Below, in pieces: positions 1-14,400 of a DNA stretch of 64,000 bases; the first letter of the stretch is position 1; every line of letters begins with the position of its first letter. The notes under the pieces are model-generated. The model searched no databases. It worked only from the letters and a program-made list of their open reading frames with translations, and had not been told where the DNA came from. Position numbers and translations under genes: made by a program. The stretch covers positions 9,796,001 through 9,860,000 of the forward strand of contig CM068757.1 in NCBI GenBank assembly GCA_035084275.1, read 5' to 3'. Origin of the DNA: Hydrolagus colliei. Its lineage: Eukaryota.

Positions 1-419
1 CATACAGTTTTCTACCAAAAAACGTTTAATATTCTTTGCACTGGTCATTTTTACAAGATGACAATGAAATGGCTAAATCTTAACTTTTTTTGTTCCCAAA
101 TAATCTTAAATCTTATTACAAATCATCTCCAAACTTCTATCGCTGCTTGCAACCGTACTTACTGGTTGCATTGATGAATAATTGAATGCAAAGTCCTGTG
201 TTTCTAACAGTAAAGCCAACAAAATTAGGTCATCACCCGTCATCATGGTGCTGTAGATTGTCATGGCCCAAAGACAGTTAATGTTACTGTAAGAATGACA
301 AACGTAACTTTGTGAAAGTCATATTAAGTCAATTGATACAACTTAAGTGAGTTTGCCCAAATATAGTATTTGTATTTCCAACAAATTGTATTAAATGTTA
401 TCCCGATGCATACCACTTA

Positions 420-3400
420 TGCAAGTTTATATTTCACGTGAAGGCGCTTTATAAATTCAAGGTGTTTTTGTTGTAATGTAGATTCCTTAGACTTTGTTTG
501 AAGTTACAGTTGTGAAGCATCCAATGATGTTGTTCTGGTTGCTTTTCACATTGGCTCTCATGCTGTTTTTTTATGACCTGTGCTTTCCATCTTTTTTCAA
601 TGTAATAGCAGCAATGACGACACACTCTGAACCAACAGGAAAACCTGAAGCAGATGGAAACCAGTTTGCTCAAATTCAAGGAGACAATGATTCAAGAACA
701 CGTAAGGAATCTGAAAATAAACATAAAAATGAACAGAAAGAAATTGGTGAAGATGGTCAGAGAAATGACGGTGAATTGTGTGGAAGAATCTTATGTAAAA
801 TAATTCAATATATAAAGTATCAAGAATTTAAAGAGAGTCATCTCTGTTCAACACCATACCTCATATATTTCATGACAATATATTTATATGAATGATAAAG
901 AGTATTTAGCCTAAAATAGATCCCTGCAGAAATCCACTTGCTTCTCTTGTGAGTCTGCAGTTACAGTTCTGAAGCTTTGTAGAATCCAATGATGTTGTTC
1001 ATGTTACCTTTCACATTGGCTCTCATGCTGTTTTCAATGACGATACACTCTGAACCAACAGGAAAAACTGAAGCAGATGGAAACCTGTTCGTTCAAACTC
1101 CAGGAGACAATGATTCAAGAACACACGTGGAAGCTGAAAACAAACAGCAAAATGAACAGAAAGAAATTGGTAACGAGGGACAGGAAAATGAAGGTGAATT
1201 GTGTGAAGTATCTTATGTAGAATAATGAAAAATTGAAAGTATCAAGAATTTAAAGAGTCATCTCTGTTCAAAACTATACGTCATATGTTTCGGGACAATA
1301 TATATATATGAATGATGAAGGAAGTTGTTTCCCCTCTGATTTCAATGTCTTTTGTGACAGTTTGTTTGAGTGAAACCCGTGAGACCCAAGTTAATAGAAA
1401 ACAAAGTGAAGACAAACAAAATGGAAACAACCCTGATAAAACTGAAACAAAACCAGAAAGTGCCACAGCAGTGAATAAGGCGGCTCCTGAACAAACAGGT
1501 TTAGTATTGATAGATCTGAAAGTGAAATAATATTTTGAATGAAGTCCCATTGTCAGCAAATATGTATTTTGGCACTTTGCACCTTGTATTTTCACTGCTG
1601 GACCTTTCTTTTTTTATTGCAGTATCTTCACTAAATCTTGATCTGACAAACAATAAAGATAAGCACTCGAACACCGACGGTGACCCAACACCAAATGCAG
1701 CAAATCTGCCTGTGGCTAGTAATGCTAATCAAGGTAATGATCAGTGGAGACCTCAGTGGTTAGTGGACTTGCCGACATGTTGAGCCTATCCATTCACAAG
1801 TGGCTTCAACATCAACAACTTTGATTCATATAGCACCATCCAAGCCGGGTGGCATATCAGAGCGCTTTCATCCAGGGATCCAAACCAGGTTCCTCTTTCT
1901 TGTGAGGCAACATATATAAAGTATCAAGAATTTAAAGAGAGTCATCTCTGTTCAACACTATACCTCATATTTCAGGACAATATATTTATATAAATGATGA
2001 AGAGTATTCAGCCTAAAATATATCCCTGCAGAAGCCCACTTGTTTCTCTTCTGAATCTGTAAGATCCTGGTCCTCACATTTAATGCCCTTCACAACCTTG
2101 CCCCACCCTACATCCATGACCCCCCTATCGCCTTACCAACCTGCCCACACCCTCCGCTCAGTAGGCTCTGCCCTGTTCCATGTCCCCTGACCGAACCGCC
2201 CAACCATTGGGGGGTGAGCCTTCAGCCACCCTAACCCAACCTCTGGAACTTCATCCCAAAGTCCATCCGCCTCTCCCTGGCCTCCTTCAAGTATCGCCTC
2301 AAGACTCTCCTCTTCGATGGATCCATCGGCAACACCTTGTGCCCCTGTCCTCAGCTGGGTCATCAGCTGTCCTCGGTTGATGTTGAAGCCACTTGTGAAT
2401 GGATTGCTCAACCCAGTTGTCAATCAAGTGTGATATGACTGCACCCAATCTCTCCCTTATTTTCCCCCTATTCCTCTGCCCCCTCACTGTTTGACAACCC
2501 AAATTCACTTATAAATGGCTAAAATCCACAGTCAATCAATCACAATTTGACCCTTCCTATCTCCACATGGAGCCCTTTGTGGCTGAATAAAGCTGCTCGA
2601 GACACAGAAGGTCTCCACTCTCCATCTAGTTCAGTATTATCCTCCACCATTGTTAATCATTTCAAGATGCTAACTCACGTGAAGGCGCTGTATGATTTCA
2701 AGGTGTTGTTGCTGTAATGTAGATTCCTTAGACCTTGTTTGCAGTTACAGTTCTGAAGCTTTCTAGAATCCAATGATGTTGTTCGTGTTACCTTTCACAT
2801 TGGCTCTCGTACTGTTTTCAATGATGATACACTCTGAACCAACAGGAAAAATTGAAGCAGATGGAAACCTGTGTGCTCAAACTCAAGAAGACAATGATTC
2901 AAGAACATGTGAGGAAGCTGAAGACAAGCAGCAAAATAAACAGAAAGAAATTGGTAATGATGGACAGAAAAATGACGGTGAATTGTGTGGAAGAATCTTA
3001 TGTAAAATAATTCAATTTATAAAGTAGCAAGAATTTAAAAAGAGTCATCTCTATTCAACACTATACCTCATATTTCAGGACAATATATTTACATAAATGA
3101 TGAAGAATATTCAGCCTAAAATAGATCCCCGCAGAAGCCCACTTGCTTCTCTTGTGAGTCTACAAGATCCCGGTCCTCACATTTAAAGCCCTCCACAACC
3201 TTGCCCCACCCTACATCTGTGACCCCCTATCCCCTTACCAACCTGCCCGCCCCCTCCGCTCAGTAGGCTCTGGCCTGCTGCACGTCCCCTGACCCTCCCG
3301 CCAAACCATTGGCGTGTGAGCCTTCATCCACTCTAGCCCCAACCTCTGGAACTTCATCCCAAAGTCCATCCACCTCGCCATCTCCCTGGCCTCCTTCAAG

Positions 3401-3990
3401 TCTCGCCTCAAGACTCTCCTCTTTAATGGACCCATTGACAACACTTTACCCACCCTTTCCCCAGCCCCCCTGTCCTCAGCTGGGTCATCAGCTGTCCTCA
3501 GTTGACATTGAAGTCACTTGTGAATGCTAGGACTCAACCCAGTTGTCAATCAAGTGTGATATGACTGTACCCAATCCCTCCCTTATTTTCCCCCTATTCC
3601 TCTGCCCCCTTGTTTGCAGTTGTAGTTCTTTGTAGAATCCAATTATGTTGTTTGTGTTACCTTTCACATTGGCTCTCATGCTGTTTTCAATGACGATACA
3701 CTCTGAACCAACAGGAAAAACTGAAGCAGATGGATACCCGTTCGTTCAAACTCCAGGAGACAATGATTCAAGAACACACGTGGAAGCTGAAAACAAACAG
3801 CAAAGTGAACAAAAAAAAATTGGTAACGATGGACAGAAAAATGAAGGTGAATTGTGTGAAGTATCTTATATAAAATAATTCAATATATAAAGTATCAAGA
3901 ATTTAAAGAGAGTCATCTCTGTTCAACACTATACCTCATATATTTCAGGACAATATATTTATTTAAATGATGAAGAGTATTCAGCCTAAA
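420..3990 (+). repeat. Tandem segmental repeats, each carrying a 132-nt exon-like unit (4 copies)
   Basis: Near-identical blocks (ctctgaaccaacagga...gacaatgattcaagaaca...ggtgaattgtgtg...gagtcatctctgttcaac) surround 639, 1062, 2846 and 3715. L2 fragments at ~2060-2510 and ~3160-3610 are also duplicated. Confidence 0.9.
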
Positions 3991-5412
3991 ATAGTTCCCG
4001 CAGAAGCCTCTTGCTTCTCTTGTGCGTCTGAAAGGCTACAATTTACCTGTATTCTTAGTTGTCATGTTCTTGGCCATTCTCAAATTAACTTTTCACTTTT
4101 CATGGACAAACTATACAACAACCCCAGAACAAAATTATACATGTATTTCGCCTTTCACGTCAGGAAATACACTATGCATAATTTTCTGAGAAGCATTTTG
4201 AAGAGTTCCGAAGATCTGATAAGGCACTATATCAAATGAAAGGATTATTATTATTCATTATTTTCAATGACATGCATTTTCCATTTTCTCCGATTGCAGA
4301 GGGAGAGGAAACAATCAGTGAACGAAGGAATACAATTGGAGACAATGGCATAGAAACAAGGCCTGACTCTCAAACTGAACAAGACGTATATTCAGATGTG
4401 AGCAAGTTGATGGAAAAGATTACAGTAGAAAGAATAACGAAAATAAATTGGGTGGAAAAATCTGATCAATCTAATACAAAATACAGTATCAAAGACTGGA
4501 TTAGAGTTGTCTTTTTCTTCATAATATAGATTCCTGAGACTTTCTTTGATGTTATTATATATCCTAAATCCCTCTCTAGTGCATGGTGATATATGACTGT
4601 TCCTTTTTGCACATGCTCCCTCTTTTTGGATCTTAACTAACATACTAACTTACAAATACCACATTTTCATTTAGATCAATATTACTCTGCAACAAAGTTC
4701 GGCATCTCTGTGCTAATCTGGCAAGGGTGAAATTCAACATTTCTATGATATACATTGCATAAATGAAAAGATTTTGCCTCAGCCTGGCTGAATGGGAGTC
4801 AAATTATCTCCTGGTTGGTATATCCAATCTACCTTGCAAATTGTCTGAAGTGTTCAACCTGAAGTTATTTTTATTCTCCTAAACACCGTGAAAGGTTATC
4901 ATTTAATTGTATAGTTATATAATGTCACATAGTCTCGGCTGAAATTTCATTGCAATACTGGCACCATGCTACAATGTCAGATAACAAAGAGAGAAGGGAG
5001 TTTCTTCCAGTGTCCTGGCCAACATTGTACCCGAAAGAAACAGTTGTTCACTTCAAGGCTGTTTGTGAGACATGGCTGTGAATGAATTGGCAGCCATGTT
5101 TGTCCACCAAACACATCATCATTACACTTTCCAGTAAATCCTGTAAAGTGTTTTTAGACTTTCTCCCGACGTGAAAGGCTGTTTGTCAAAGAGCAGGATC
5201 GCTTTATGATATTGTACAGGGCGTGTGGCATTGCTGCTGTTGCTGTTGTCCTGTTATAGTTTGGTTTTGTAAAGTTTCTTTTTCATAAATTCAGGTCAAT
5301 AAAAATTCTACCAGAGGAACAAGTGAAGGGAAAAATGCCGATGATGGGGGAAGATGATGTCACCACTGATCAAGAAGACATCAAGACAGAAGACGGGAAG
5401 AAATCTGAGTAA
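639..5412 (+). CDS. 3' part of an upstream gene: small phase-1 exons encoding a charged, low-complexity (D/E/K/N/Q-rich) region
   Basis: Candidate AG/GT exons at 639-770, 1062-1193, 1361-1498, 1659-1733, 2846-2977 and 3715-3846 are all multiples of 3 and open in phase 1. A further exon starts at 4300 but its donor is unresolved. A terminal exon at 5315-5412 reads EEQVKGKMPMMGEDDVTTDQEDIKTEDGKKSE*. The 5' part lies outside the window. Confidence 0.5.
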
Positions 5413-5914
5413 AAAACTCGCTTCTTTCCCCACAAAATATGTGCAGAAATTGATCAATGTTCTCACATTTTCCAATCATAAGAAAAAACGTTTAATTAGG
5501 AATACTAAAAGAATACTATAAATTTATGTACATTATAAATATAATTCAAAAGCCTGACCCAAAACTTTCTAGATGAATTCACCTGATGCTGCATAATTCA
5601 CAAAGTATTGCTTGTTTTGTTGGATCGCATTTGTCTGTAAAACTAATCATGTACACATGGCAATAACTACCATCAAGCACTGTCCAAGAAATGTTAATGT
5701 TGATTTTTTTATTGCTATTTTTCATTTTCAATCAAGGGAAATGCCTTGAATATTGTGCTTTTCAGAGCAAGCTTGAAAATGCATAAGGTTTATTGTTAAA
5801 TGTTGTGAATCTTATTTTTTCTTACTCTTTTCGAAAATTGTAGCATGATAATTTTTTTTACATCAACCAGAATTTGTATTTATATCTCACATAAGTATGT
5901 GTGGTGGGAAGCTT

Positions 5915-7012
5915 TCCTTCTACATCTGTCCCACTCACAAGGACCCCTTTCCTCTATCTCTGTCAAATTGCCCTCCTCTAACAGTACCTCAAACCCAACA
6001 CAACATAAATCCTCATTCACACCTTTTCCTTATTTATATGCTTCCTCTCAGCGATGTCATCTATAGACATAGGATAAACTTCTGTATGTACGCAGATGAT
6101 GCCTAAATCTACTTCTCCTCCAGCTGTGATTCCATATCCACTGATGTTCTGACAGCTTGTCTGTCAGACATCAAGGCCTGGCTGAGGGCAAACTTTCTGC
6201 AGCTGAATGGTGACAACCACAACAACAAAATTGCATTTCATGTCAGGAGAATGTCCCAAGAAGGTAACCACACTGCTTAGGTCCTATCAAAGTCTTCCCT
6301 CCTGTGGCTCTGACTTGTTCAACCTCCCCACCTATCCCCCAAAACTTGTTGAACCAGTACCTAACCTAGGTGTCAAGTTCGATCCCCAGCTTTCCTTCCC
6401 ACACCACAATCCCTAACAGGACCACTTTCCTCCAACTCCGTCACATTCCCTGCGTCCAACCCAACACAACCAAAATCCTCATTCACACCTTTGTCACCAT
6501 CTGCATTGACTATTCCAAAGCCGCCCTCACTGGTATCCCAAGTTCCATCACCCACAAAATGTAACTGCTCCAAAACCTGCTCAAAACTCCACACCCCCAT
6601 CACAACAGTCCTCGCCAGGCAACACTGGCGCCCTAGCACAGAACAGATTGACCTCAAGATCCTCACACTCAGCTACAAATCACATTCATACTCTGGCATT
6701 TTCCTATCTCTCAAACATGCTTATTCTCCATGCCACCACCTGCCAACGTTACTTGACTGGCACTGCATGCCCCCCATACTCTCCATTCCACGATTGGTGG
6801 AAGTTTGGCTTCCAAAACTTTGGAAGTCTCTCTCATGTCCTCGGCCTAGACCCTCCTTCTCTATTTTTAGATTATTTCTTAATAGTTTATGCTTCACTCA
6901 TGTACATGGACACCTATCTCCTCACCCAGCTCGGGATCAGGCTACGCTACTGTCCAGTCCTCTGAGATGCTAGCTTGCAAGAAGGCCATTGTATAAATGC
7001 AAGTTGTTGTTT
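5915..7012 (+). mobile_element. Degenerate L2-type LINE, 3' portion
   Basis: RT remnant FCMYADDA, L2-like C-terminal motif (EQIDLKILTL) and 3' tail ...tataaatgcaagttgttgtt. Multiple stops and frameshifts. Confidence 0.75.
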
Positions 7013-7184
7013 CTTTTGAAGTCACGTCTGCCTGTCTAGGTGTTTAGATGGACGGTATAGTGAATTGACTGATTATTTGTGGGTGAAATGTGATAGTCAA
7101 TTATGCTCATCAGTGTCCCATGGATTGAAGTGAACAATTTTTTATTGTATTTTTTCTTGAGGGATCATTATCAGGTGTGTGTAG

Positions 7185-7275
7185 TAATAAAACTTGCTCA
7201 AGGTTTCACCCTGCCGGGAATCAAACCCAGATCTTTGCTTGCGACTCGAGTACTCTAACCACTGAGCCACAAGAC
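7185..7275 (-). mobile_element. tRNA-derived SINE head
   Basis: The reverse complement has an A box (tggctcagtggtt) and a B box (ggtttgattccc). It resembles the SINE head at 20245. Confidence 0.6.
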
Positions 7276-7671
7276 TACTGTAGCTCAGTGTTAACTTTTC
7301 AAATGTTACCATAATGTAATGACCTTTGTATTGGGCTGTTTAATCATTAATCAACGATTGGAAAATTAATTTGAAATCATATTTTGATTGGAACACTATT
7401 TGCACAAGGTCTTTTCCAGCAAAGCTTACTGTATAATTTGTCAGATGTCTCTGTGTTGCTTGCTGTCCATGTGAAAAAAAACATTAAAATCACCACAAAC
7501 TGCTTAACTCTTATCTAAGCTTATCATTGCCTATCACACCAAATCATGAGCTGACTGTTGATATCAGTTAGTGCTATGTAAACAGAGATGTGTGTAGTAA
7601 GGAAACTTGCCTCATTTTCACCCTGCCCGGGAATTGAACTTGCGAGGCGAATACTCTAAACCAACAACAAT

Positions 7672-7955
7672 AATGTGCATTTATATTGTGCCTTCCATGC
7701 CGGGCGGTGTCTGGAAGTGCTTCAAAGTGGCAGAGCCCAAGGCTGAGTCAAGGGTGAGGGGGGAAGGTGTCTGTAAGCACAGTTGAAGAGAACTGTCTTC
7801 AGGCATAAACTGAAGGTGGGAAAAATGAGGTTGAGGCGAAGGGGTTGAGCGAGGAAGTTCCAAAGTTTCGGGGCGTAGTGGTTGAAAGCCTGGCCGCCGA
7901 TGGTGGAGTGGAGGATTTATGGGCACAAGGAGTAGGCCAGACCGGTAAACCACAT
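7672..7955 (-). mobile_element. L2 3'-end fragment
   Basis: Minus-strand L2 tail of the same family as 19085-19605 and 49345-50485. Confidence 0.65.
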
Positions 7956-8268
7956 GACTCCACTACAAAGTCAAATTGCTCCTGATGAAAACCTTTGGAC
8001 CTGGATCAAACCCAAGTTTCAACAATGCTTCATGTGGACCTTACTTTAGAGATTGATTACCCATATAGTAGAATGGAACAGTTTTTTTGCTTGGGGGGGT
8101 GGTGATATTAACCTAGTATATTTATCCCAGTTATGGGATCAGCTGTACTAGTGTTTGAATTCTGTCCTGAGTAAGGATTTTATTGTGATGTTAAACTTAC
8201 TTTCTGTTGAAATCCTGGGTTTTGTTTTGTGCAAAGCTACCTGTGATCCAAAAAGAGAGTGGAGCAGT

Positions 8269-8280
8269 GAAAGTGAAAGA
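8269..8280 (+). promoter_or_regulatory. IRF-E/ISRE-like element, gene 1 promoter
   Basis: GAAAGTGAAAGA, starting 111 bp upstream of ATG 8380. Confidence 0.65.
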
Positions 8281-8379
8281 GTGGTTTCCATGCATAGGTG
8301 ATAATCGCTAGGACTATGAGATAATCGGAGCAAGTCGTTTTATTAAGAACATCCTGCACGAAATCCTGTGGAGGGAAGA

Positions 8380-8431
8380 ATGGCGATTCTAGCTTTGTGC
8401 GTTGTCACTGTCTCTTTTATCTCAACATCAG
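8380..8431 (+). CDS. Gene 1 exon 1, signal peptide
   Basis: MAILALCVVTVSFISTS, followed by a G|gtaagt donor. Confidence 0.8.
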
Positions 8432-11400
8432 GTAAGTATCATTGAGCCCATCTCTTTCTCGTCCTCAAACCTGGTTTGGTTGTAAAATGTGAACAGAGGA
8501 ACCGTTCAGCTTCACGCCAGCCTCTGTTGCGTTTTCCATTCTCTACTTATCGTTTCTTTTAAAATAGAAATCTTTGATTTTCATCAATCAATTTTGCAAA
8601 TGTCTAAAGTTACTGTTGTAGCTATGGAAGCTGATGTGAGTGTAAACGATGTACCCATGATAGAGTAAGAAGCCTTCAGAGCGAACTATAATATTGCATT
8701 TGATAGTGGTTTAGCATTTACAATTTTGTTGTCCATTTGATAATTATTATTTCAAACAGAAATATTTTTCTTCACCTTTGTTTGTTCTCCATCACTTGCA
8801 AATATATCCCAAGTTACCATTATAACCGGTACTGTAACTTCAGACATTTGCAATGGGAAACCCGCCTTGAAATGAAAAATACAGAGCGTTACTTTGTCAA
8901 GAAAGCCCGTGGAGTGAGCAGAGTTGCTGTAGATATGGTAAATGTATACATGAGGCTTTCTGTCGCCAATGGGAGGTGGTGATGGAAATGAGAAATATTG
9001 TGGAGTTAGGGAAATCTGAATAGGTCGAAGCATAGATTTGAGGTTTAATGAAAAAGACTTCAAAGCCTGGATAATGCCATGAATGGTTGGAATTTCCAAG
9101 TCAGAGATAAAGATCTTAACTTTGTGTGCATTTTGTGGTTCATTTCTCCCTCAGCTTAATAATGTAAAGAGATCAACTGTATTGTTAATTTGTTTTTAAT
9201 GTCTAGTCTTTTTTTAAGAAAATAAAGTTAAGGAGGCATTCATATTATATCTAGGGGGTTTGCCAGCACCCTGAATGAAGTGTTGTCATGGTTGTAGAGT
9301 TTTATAAAGTAAGGTTGTTTGTGTGCTAATTGGATCTCAGCTTTCACATTAGTTACACTCTGCAGTTACAAGGAGTGAGAAGGTGGGTATTCTGGGAGTG
9401 CCAGAGCAGAAATAGCTGAAAGGGCAGAGAGGGCAGAATACATGAGGCAGGCCAGTGTTTGCTGAGTGAAGCAAGTAAATCTCACTTGAAATAATAATAA
9501 TAACAACCCTTGTATTTGATTTAGCGCATTATCATGTCGTTGAGGCGGCTTTACAGAATATACTCTTTGTGAGCAAAATCTTATCACTTTAAATGACTAT
9601 CGTGCTTATGAAAGATGTGTAATACCCACTAATTCTGTTTGAAATATTTTGTTTGTACTGTATATAGGTGCCTTGGATTTGGAGATATTTCACTCCCCAA
9701 AGAAAGTTTTGGCAAATACAGATGTTCTTCTCAATTGTAAAGTAACTGGTTACGATAAATCAGACTTTGAAATCAAACATGTAGCTGTTACATGGAACGT
9801 GGTTTACTCAAGTGGAATTAAAAAAAACTTGTATGTATTCAATGGAGGAAAGCATACAATAACAAGACCTGGAGCAAAAATCTTTGATGAAGAAATACTG
9901 GAAGGAAATGCCTCACTTTATCTACCATCTGTACAGATGGAGGAGAGTGGTGCATACACCTGCACTGTTTATGTTACCCCAGAAAGTGAAGAAAAGAGTG
10001 CAGAGCTGCAGCTGATAGGTAAGGCTGTCAAAAGATGGCAAGGCTGCCAAAACACATCTCACGGCCTGAAATTCTACTTAGTATGGCTAAATTTATTGTT
10101 TCAGGGCACTTGTCAATGAAAGAGAAAATAATTTCATCTTATTAGTCCAGCAATGTTTGACATGGACTAACTGGGCTGAATTGTTTCCATCCATATCATT
10201 CTGTGTAACTCCAGCATTTGATGGATTTATTGGAATCATAGAAATTTTTGCCATTGCAAATGCCGCATTGTGTTGTGCCAGCTCCTTCAAGAACAATCCT
10301 TTCAGCCCCATTTACCTACTCTTTTCCCGTATCCCTGTAGGGGACCCTTTGTAGGCTATGTCTGGTTCCCTTTTGAAGTACAGTATGGATTTTGCGCCAG
10401 CCAGCATACCTGGCAGGGCATTCCATATCTTAATAATTCTGTGCATGAAATCATTTCTTCTAGCCTTGGAAGGTTTTTATGTGGTACGACCCTGAGGTAA
10501 GATAGTACAGAAGCAATGGATAAATCAAAGGGTTAATTTATTAATTATAAAGACGGTTATTAAACAGTTACAACTGCAAAAGATGATTCAGGGCAGGCTC
10601 ACCTCGACCTTCGCTGGGGACACCAACACACCAATAATCCTTTGGCTAATTGTTTAGCCATGAACCCACATGGACCATAGGATACACTATCTCACAGTGA
10701 CTGATACTGTCTCAACAGTGTCCCAATGGTATCCTAATGGTGTCCAAATTCTTAACATTTGTTTTATTCTTTTATACCCCAAATTTGGAAACGTGATGAT
10801 GAAATAAGGTGTAGGCAGAGGCCATTCTACCCAATCAAAGTTCACAGTTTGTTGTTCACTCATATTCCTGAACTGATCCATCCAATCGTGTTACCACACA
10901 TGGGATGCCCCAAGGTTTATCAGGGTTTTAATCTCAGGAAGTTGGAGTTCCTCTGATACCATATTTGAAGAGTTCAATTCGACAGTTAATTGTCCTTTCT
11001 TGACACCTTCACATCGTAATATCCTTTGAAGATCTCATCCAAGCAGACTGGAAGGCACCAAGAGTCAACAATTAATCAGGACAGTGTCAGGTTAACTTGA
11101 AGCTATACACATTTCTGATCTTGTGAATGTTGACTTCGGGTCTTCTTCGTAGTCTCTTACATCAACACATTGTCCATTTTATTGACTTGAGATAGACTGC
11201 TAGACACTATCATTCCAAATAAAGAAAGGAATAACACCTATCCATCAAGTTTTTATCAACACAATCACAAACACAAACCTCACTCCATTTGGTCCAAACT
11301 CTCTGTCTTGCATTCCTTAAGATCAATCAAGATTATTCCAGTTTTCACATACACTTTGGGGTATCAAACAATAATTTTAATAAAGATTCTATAGCTCCTC

Positions 11401-14400
11401 TTACAGCCTCCCCATTTGCTCATTTACTAACTTAAAATTTATGCCCTCTAGTTACTGACTCATTAACCAGTGGAAATAATTTCTCCCGATTATTTACTCT
11501 ATCACATCCCCTCATAATTTTAAGGATCTCTTATCAGGTCACTTCTCACCATTTTATGTTCCAACAAACAAAGTCACATTTCCTCTGTTCTTATAGGTCA
11601 AACCATTAACTCCAGGTATAATCCTAGTAAATATTCTCTGCCCTGCCTCCTTCCAACTCATTCTCATCTTGTATAACCCGTTTTTCTTCTCCACAGCTCG
11701 GCCAGAGATCAGCTTGTCCACTGCTGGTAACAAGGGTTCATCGAGGTCAATCAGATGTGAAGTTAGCAGATTTCATCCCGAGAAACTTGAGATAAGTTGG
11801 TTCAAAACATCACAAGGAAAAACAGAACATGTTTTAAGTAATACTTCAACTGAAGCTCCTGTTAGAAACAAAGATGGGACGTTTAATGTTTTCAGTACAT
11901 TGAAAGTTGTATCATCAGAGGATGAAGTAATCGATGACAATGCCAAATATAAATGTACTGTGAAGTACGGAATATTTCCTGATACCATTACAGCTGAAAT
12001 ATCATTTCAAAAATCAAATTATGGTAAGCTCTATTTTGAGAGTAATGTAATTTTCACTTAAATTTTGATTTACGGTTATCATTGCTTGTTCTCACTTAAA
12101 CCAGGGCTAAATGAATGAGTGTAGAGAAATTAAATCTGTTTATAGATTTTACGTCCTACACCAATACAAGGTACTAATATAAAGTAGTCCAGCTTCTATC
12201 CCTCTCACAGAATCCAAACAGCTCACCTTTGAGATGCAAATTATGTAGTTTTAGTCACTCGTCTTCCTTAATCTTTCTTTGCTGTTTTTTATACTGTCGA
12301 CCATTCAATCCTCTTTGATCATCTCTCCTCTCTCATTCAGCTTCATGGGATGGACTCTCCTGATTATTCCAGTCCTATCTGAACTATTATCTCTGTTTCA
12401 TTTCTTCAAGTTGTTTCTCCTATTCCCCCAGAAAGTAACGTAGAACAAACATTAGGCTAGATCTTCAGTCCCTTCATTTCCCCCATCTCCCTCATCTACA
12501 TGTCCTTTCTTATTGATGTCAACCACGCTCATGGACTACATTTTTATGTATATGCTCATAATCCCCAAATCTACCTCCTGAATTAGTCATTTTCTTCAAC
12601 TCAACTTGAACAAAATGACAGCTAATCTTCTCAGCTCTCACCAGTGCTTCCTCACCATTGGTTCTCATACCTCAATCTTCCTGGCTGCTCACTCCGTCCC
12701 ATTAAAGCCCCTCCCTAAATCCCCCAACTTCTTTGTCTTTTGAAACATTCCTGTAAACCTATTTTTTGACTATGCCTACAATCACCTCCCACATCTTTTC
12801 TCCCTCATTCCCTGCTTGGTGTTGGAGGCAGGGAAATAGTAAGGAAAAATAATTGAAATACAGGACACATAAAAGTGTTCTACACCTTTGTAAATGTTTC
12901 TCAATTTGGGATTAATTTTATTGTAATAAAATGATATTGACCTCAGTAGGGAAATCATTTGGTCAGCCAGGGTTCTTGTGCCCAGAATGAGAGAAAAAGT
13001 GATACCAAAACGGGTTTTTGAGATATTGAAGATAATTAATGAGAGTGGATAGTTAAAACCTCTGACTTTTTTTATTGCCGTGGCACAAATCATATCTAAG
13101 TTTCATCTTTTCTTGTTACAAACCCAGTTCCAGCAATAGTTGGAGGTGTTGGTGTTCTGCTGGTGTGTGCCTTATGTGTAGCCATTTGGATTTATTGTAA
13201 AGGTAAGATGTTCCTCATGAAGAAACAATACAGATGTTATTTAGTTGATAAATGCTTTGAAATCTCTGCTGAAAAAGAATCTAAAAAATATTTTCAAGAG
13301 ATAGAATAGTGTGGATCTTGATTTATATTTCCTGCTGAATTGCACATAACATTGCAATTCAGTGAGCTGAGAACCGAATGGCGAGTTGAGAGCCGACCAG
13401 AGTGAGCTGCGACCGGAGTGAGGCAAGACCAGAGTGAGAAGGAATTGGGTGAGAGGGTAGAATTAGGTGCAGTGGGGGGGAAGTAAGTGCGAAGTTGTAA
13501 AATATATACAATATTATATAATATTGACAATAATTTAAAACATATCTGTGAACATGGCTGGGCAGCTGAGAACCAGGGCATGTGGCACGTAGGAACTCCA
13601 GGATGCTTTGTGCAACCTAGACAATCATGTATACAGGAAGTGCTTCCGGCTGCTTGAGCTTGAGCTCAAGATTTCTGAGCTCGAAGGGAGAATGGAGTCA
13701 CTCCATTGTATATGGGAGGCTGAGGATTTCATGGATCAAACATTTCAGGAGGTAGTCACCCAACAGCCACCGAGGGTTCAGAGGGAGAGTGACTGGGTGA
13801 CAACCCGGCATGGTAGGAAGAGGGGATGGGCAGTGCAGAAATCCCCTGAAAGTGTGGCACTCACAAAGCGGTACTCTGTACTGAATACTAAGGGCGTTGA
13901 TACGTCGGGGAAAGAGTAGGAAAAAGTAATTGGTTGAACAGGGGGAATGTAGGGAAGAGTGTAAATGCAGTTGTCATTGGGGATACAACAGTCATAGGTA
14001 TAAACAGGCGTTTCTGTAACCAAAGACGTGAGTCTTGGATGGTATGTTGCCTCACTGATGCCAGGGTTGAAGACATCACAGAATGAGTGAATAAAATTCT
14101 ACAGGGGGAAGGAAACATCCAGAAGTGGTGGTCCAATTTTGGATCCATGATGTCGTGGAAAAAAACAGGCTGAGATGCTATTGGGAGAGTATCAGAAGTT
14201 GGTGAAGAAACCAAAGAGTAGAACCTCAAAGGTGGTAATCTCTGGATTACATTCAGTGCCTCATGCTAGTGAGTTTCAAAATGGCAGGATCATGCACATG
14301 AATGCATGGCTGGAGAAATAGTGCAGAAAGGATGGTTTTAGATTCCTAGATCATTTGGACCAGTTCTGGGGCAGGTGGAACCTCTACAAGATGGATGGGG

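Noticed and set aside
4300-4529. Definite exon end for the charged ORF starting at 4300
   Set aside because: There is a good phase-1 acceptor but no convincing phase-1 donor. It could be an alternative terminal exon (stop at 4527-4529), so it is left unresolved.
10480-11405. Possible solo LTR in gene 1 intron 2 (TG...CA ends)
   Set aside because: No TSD or clear boundaries could be established by eye. It needs a repeat-library search.
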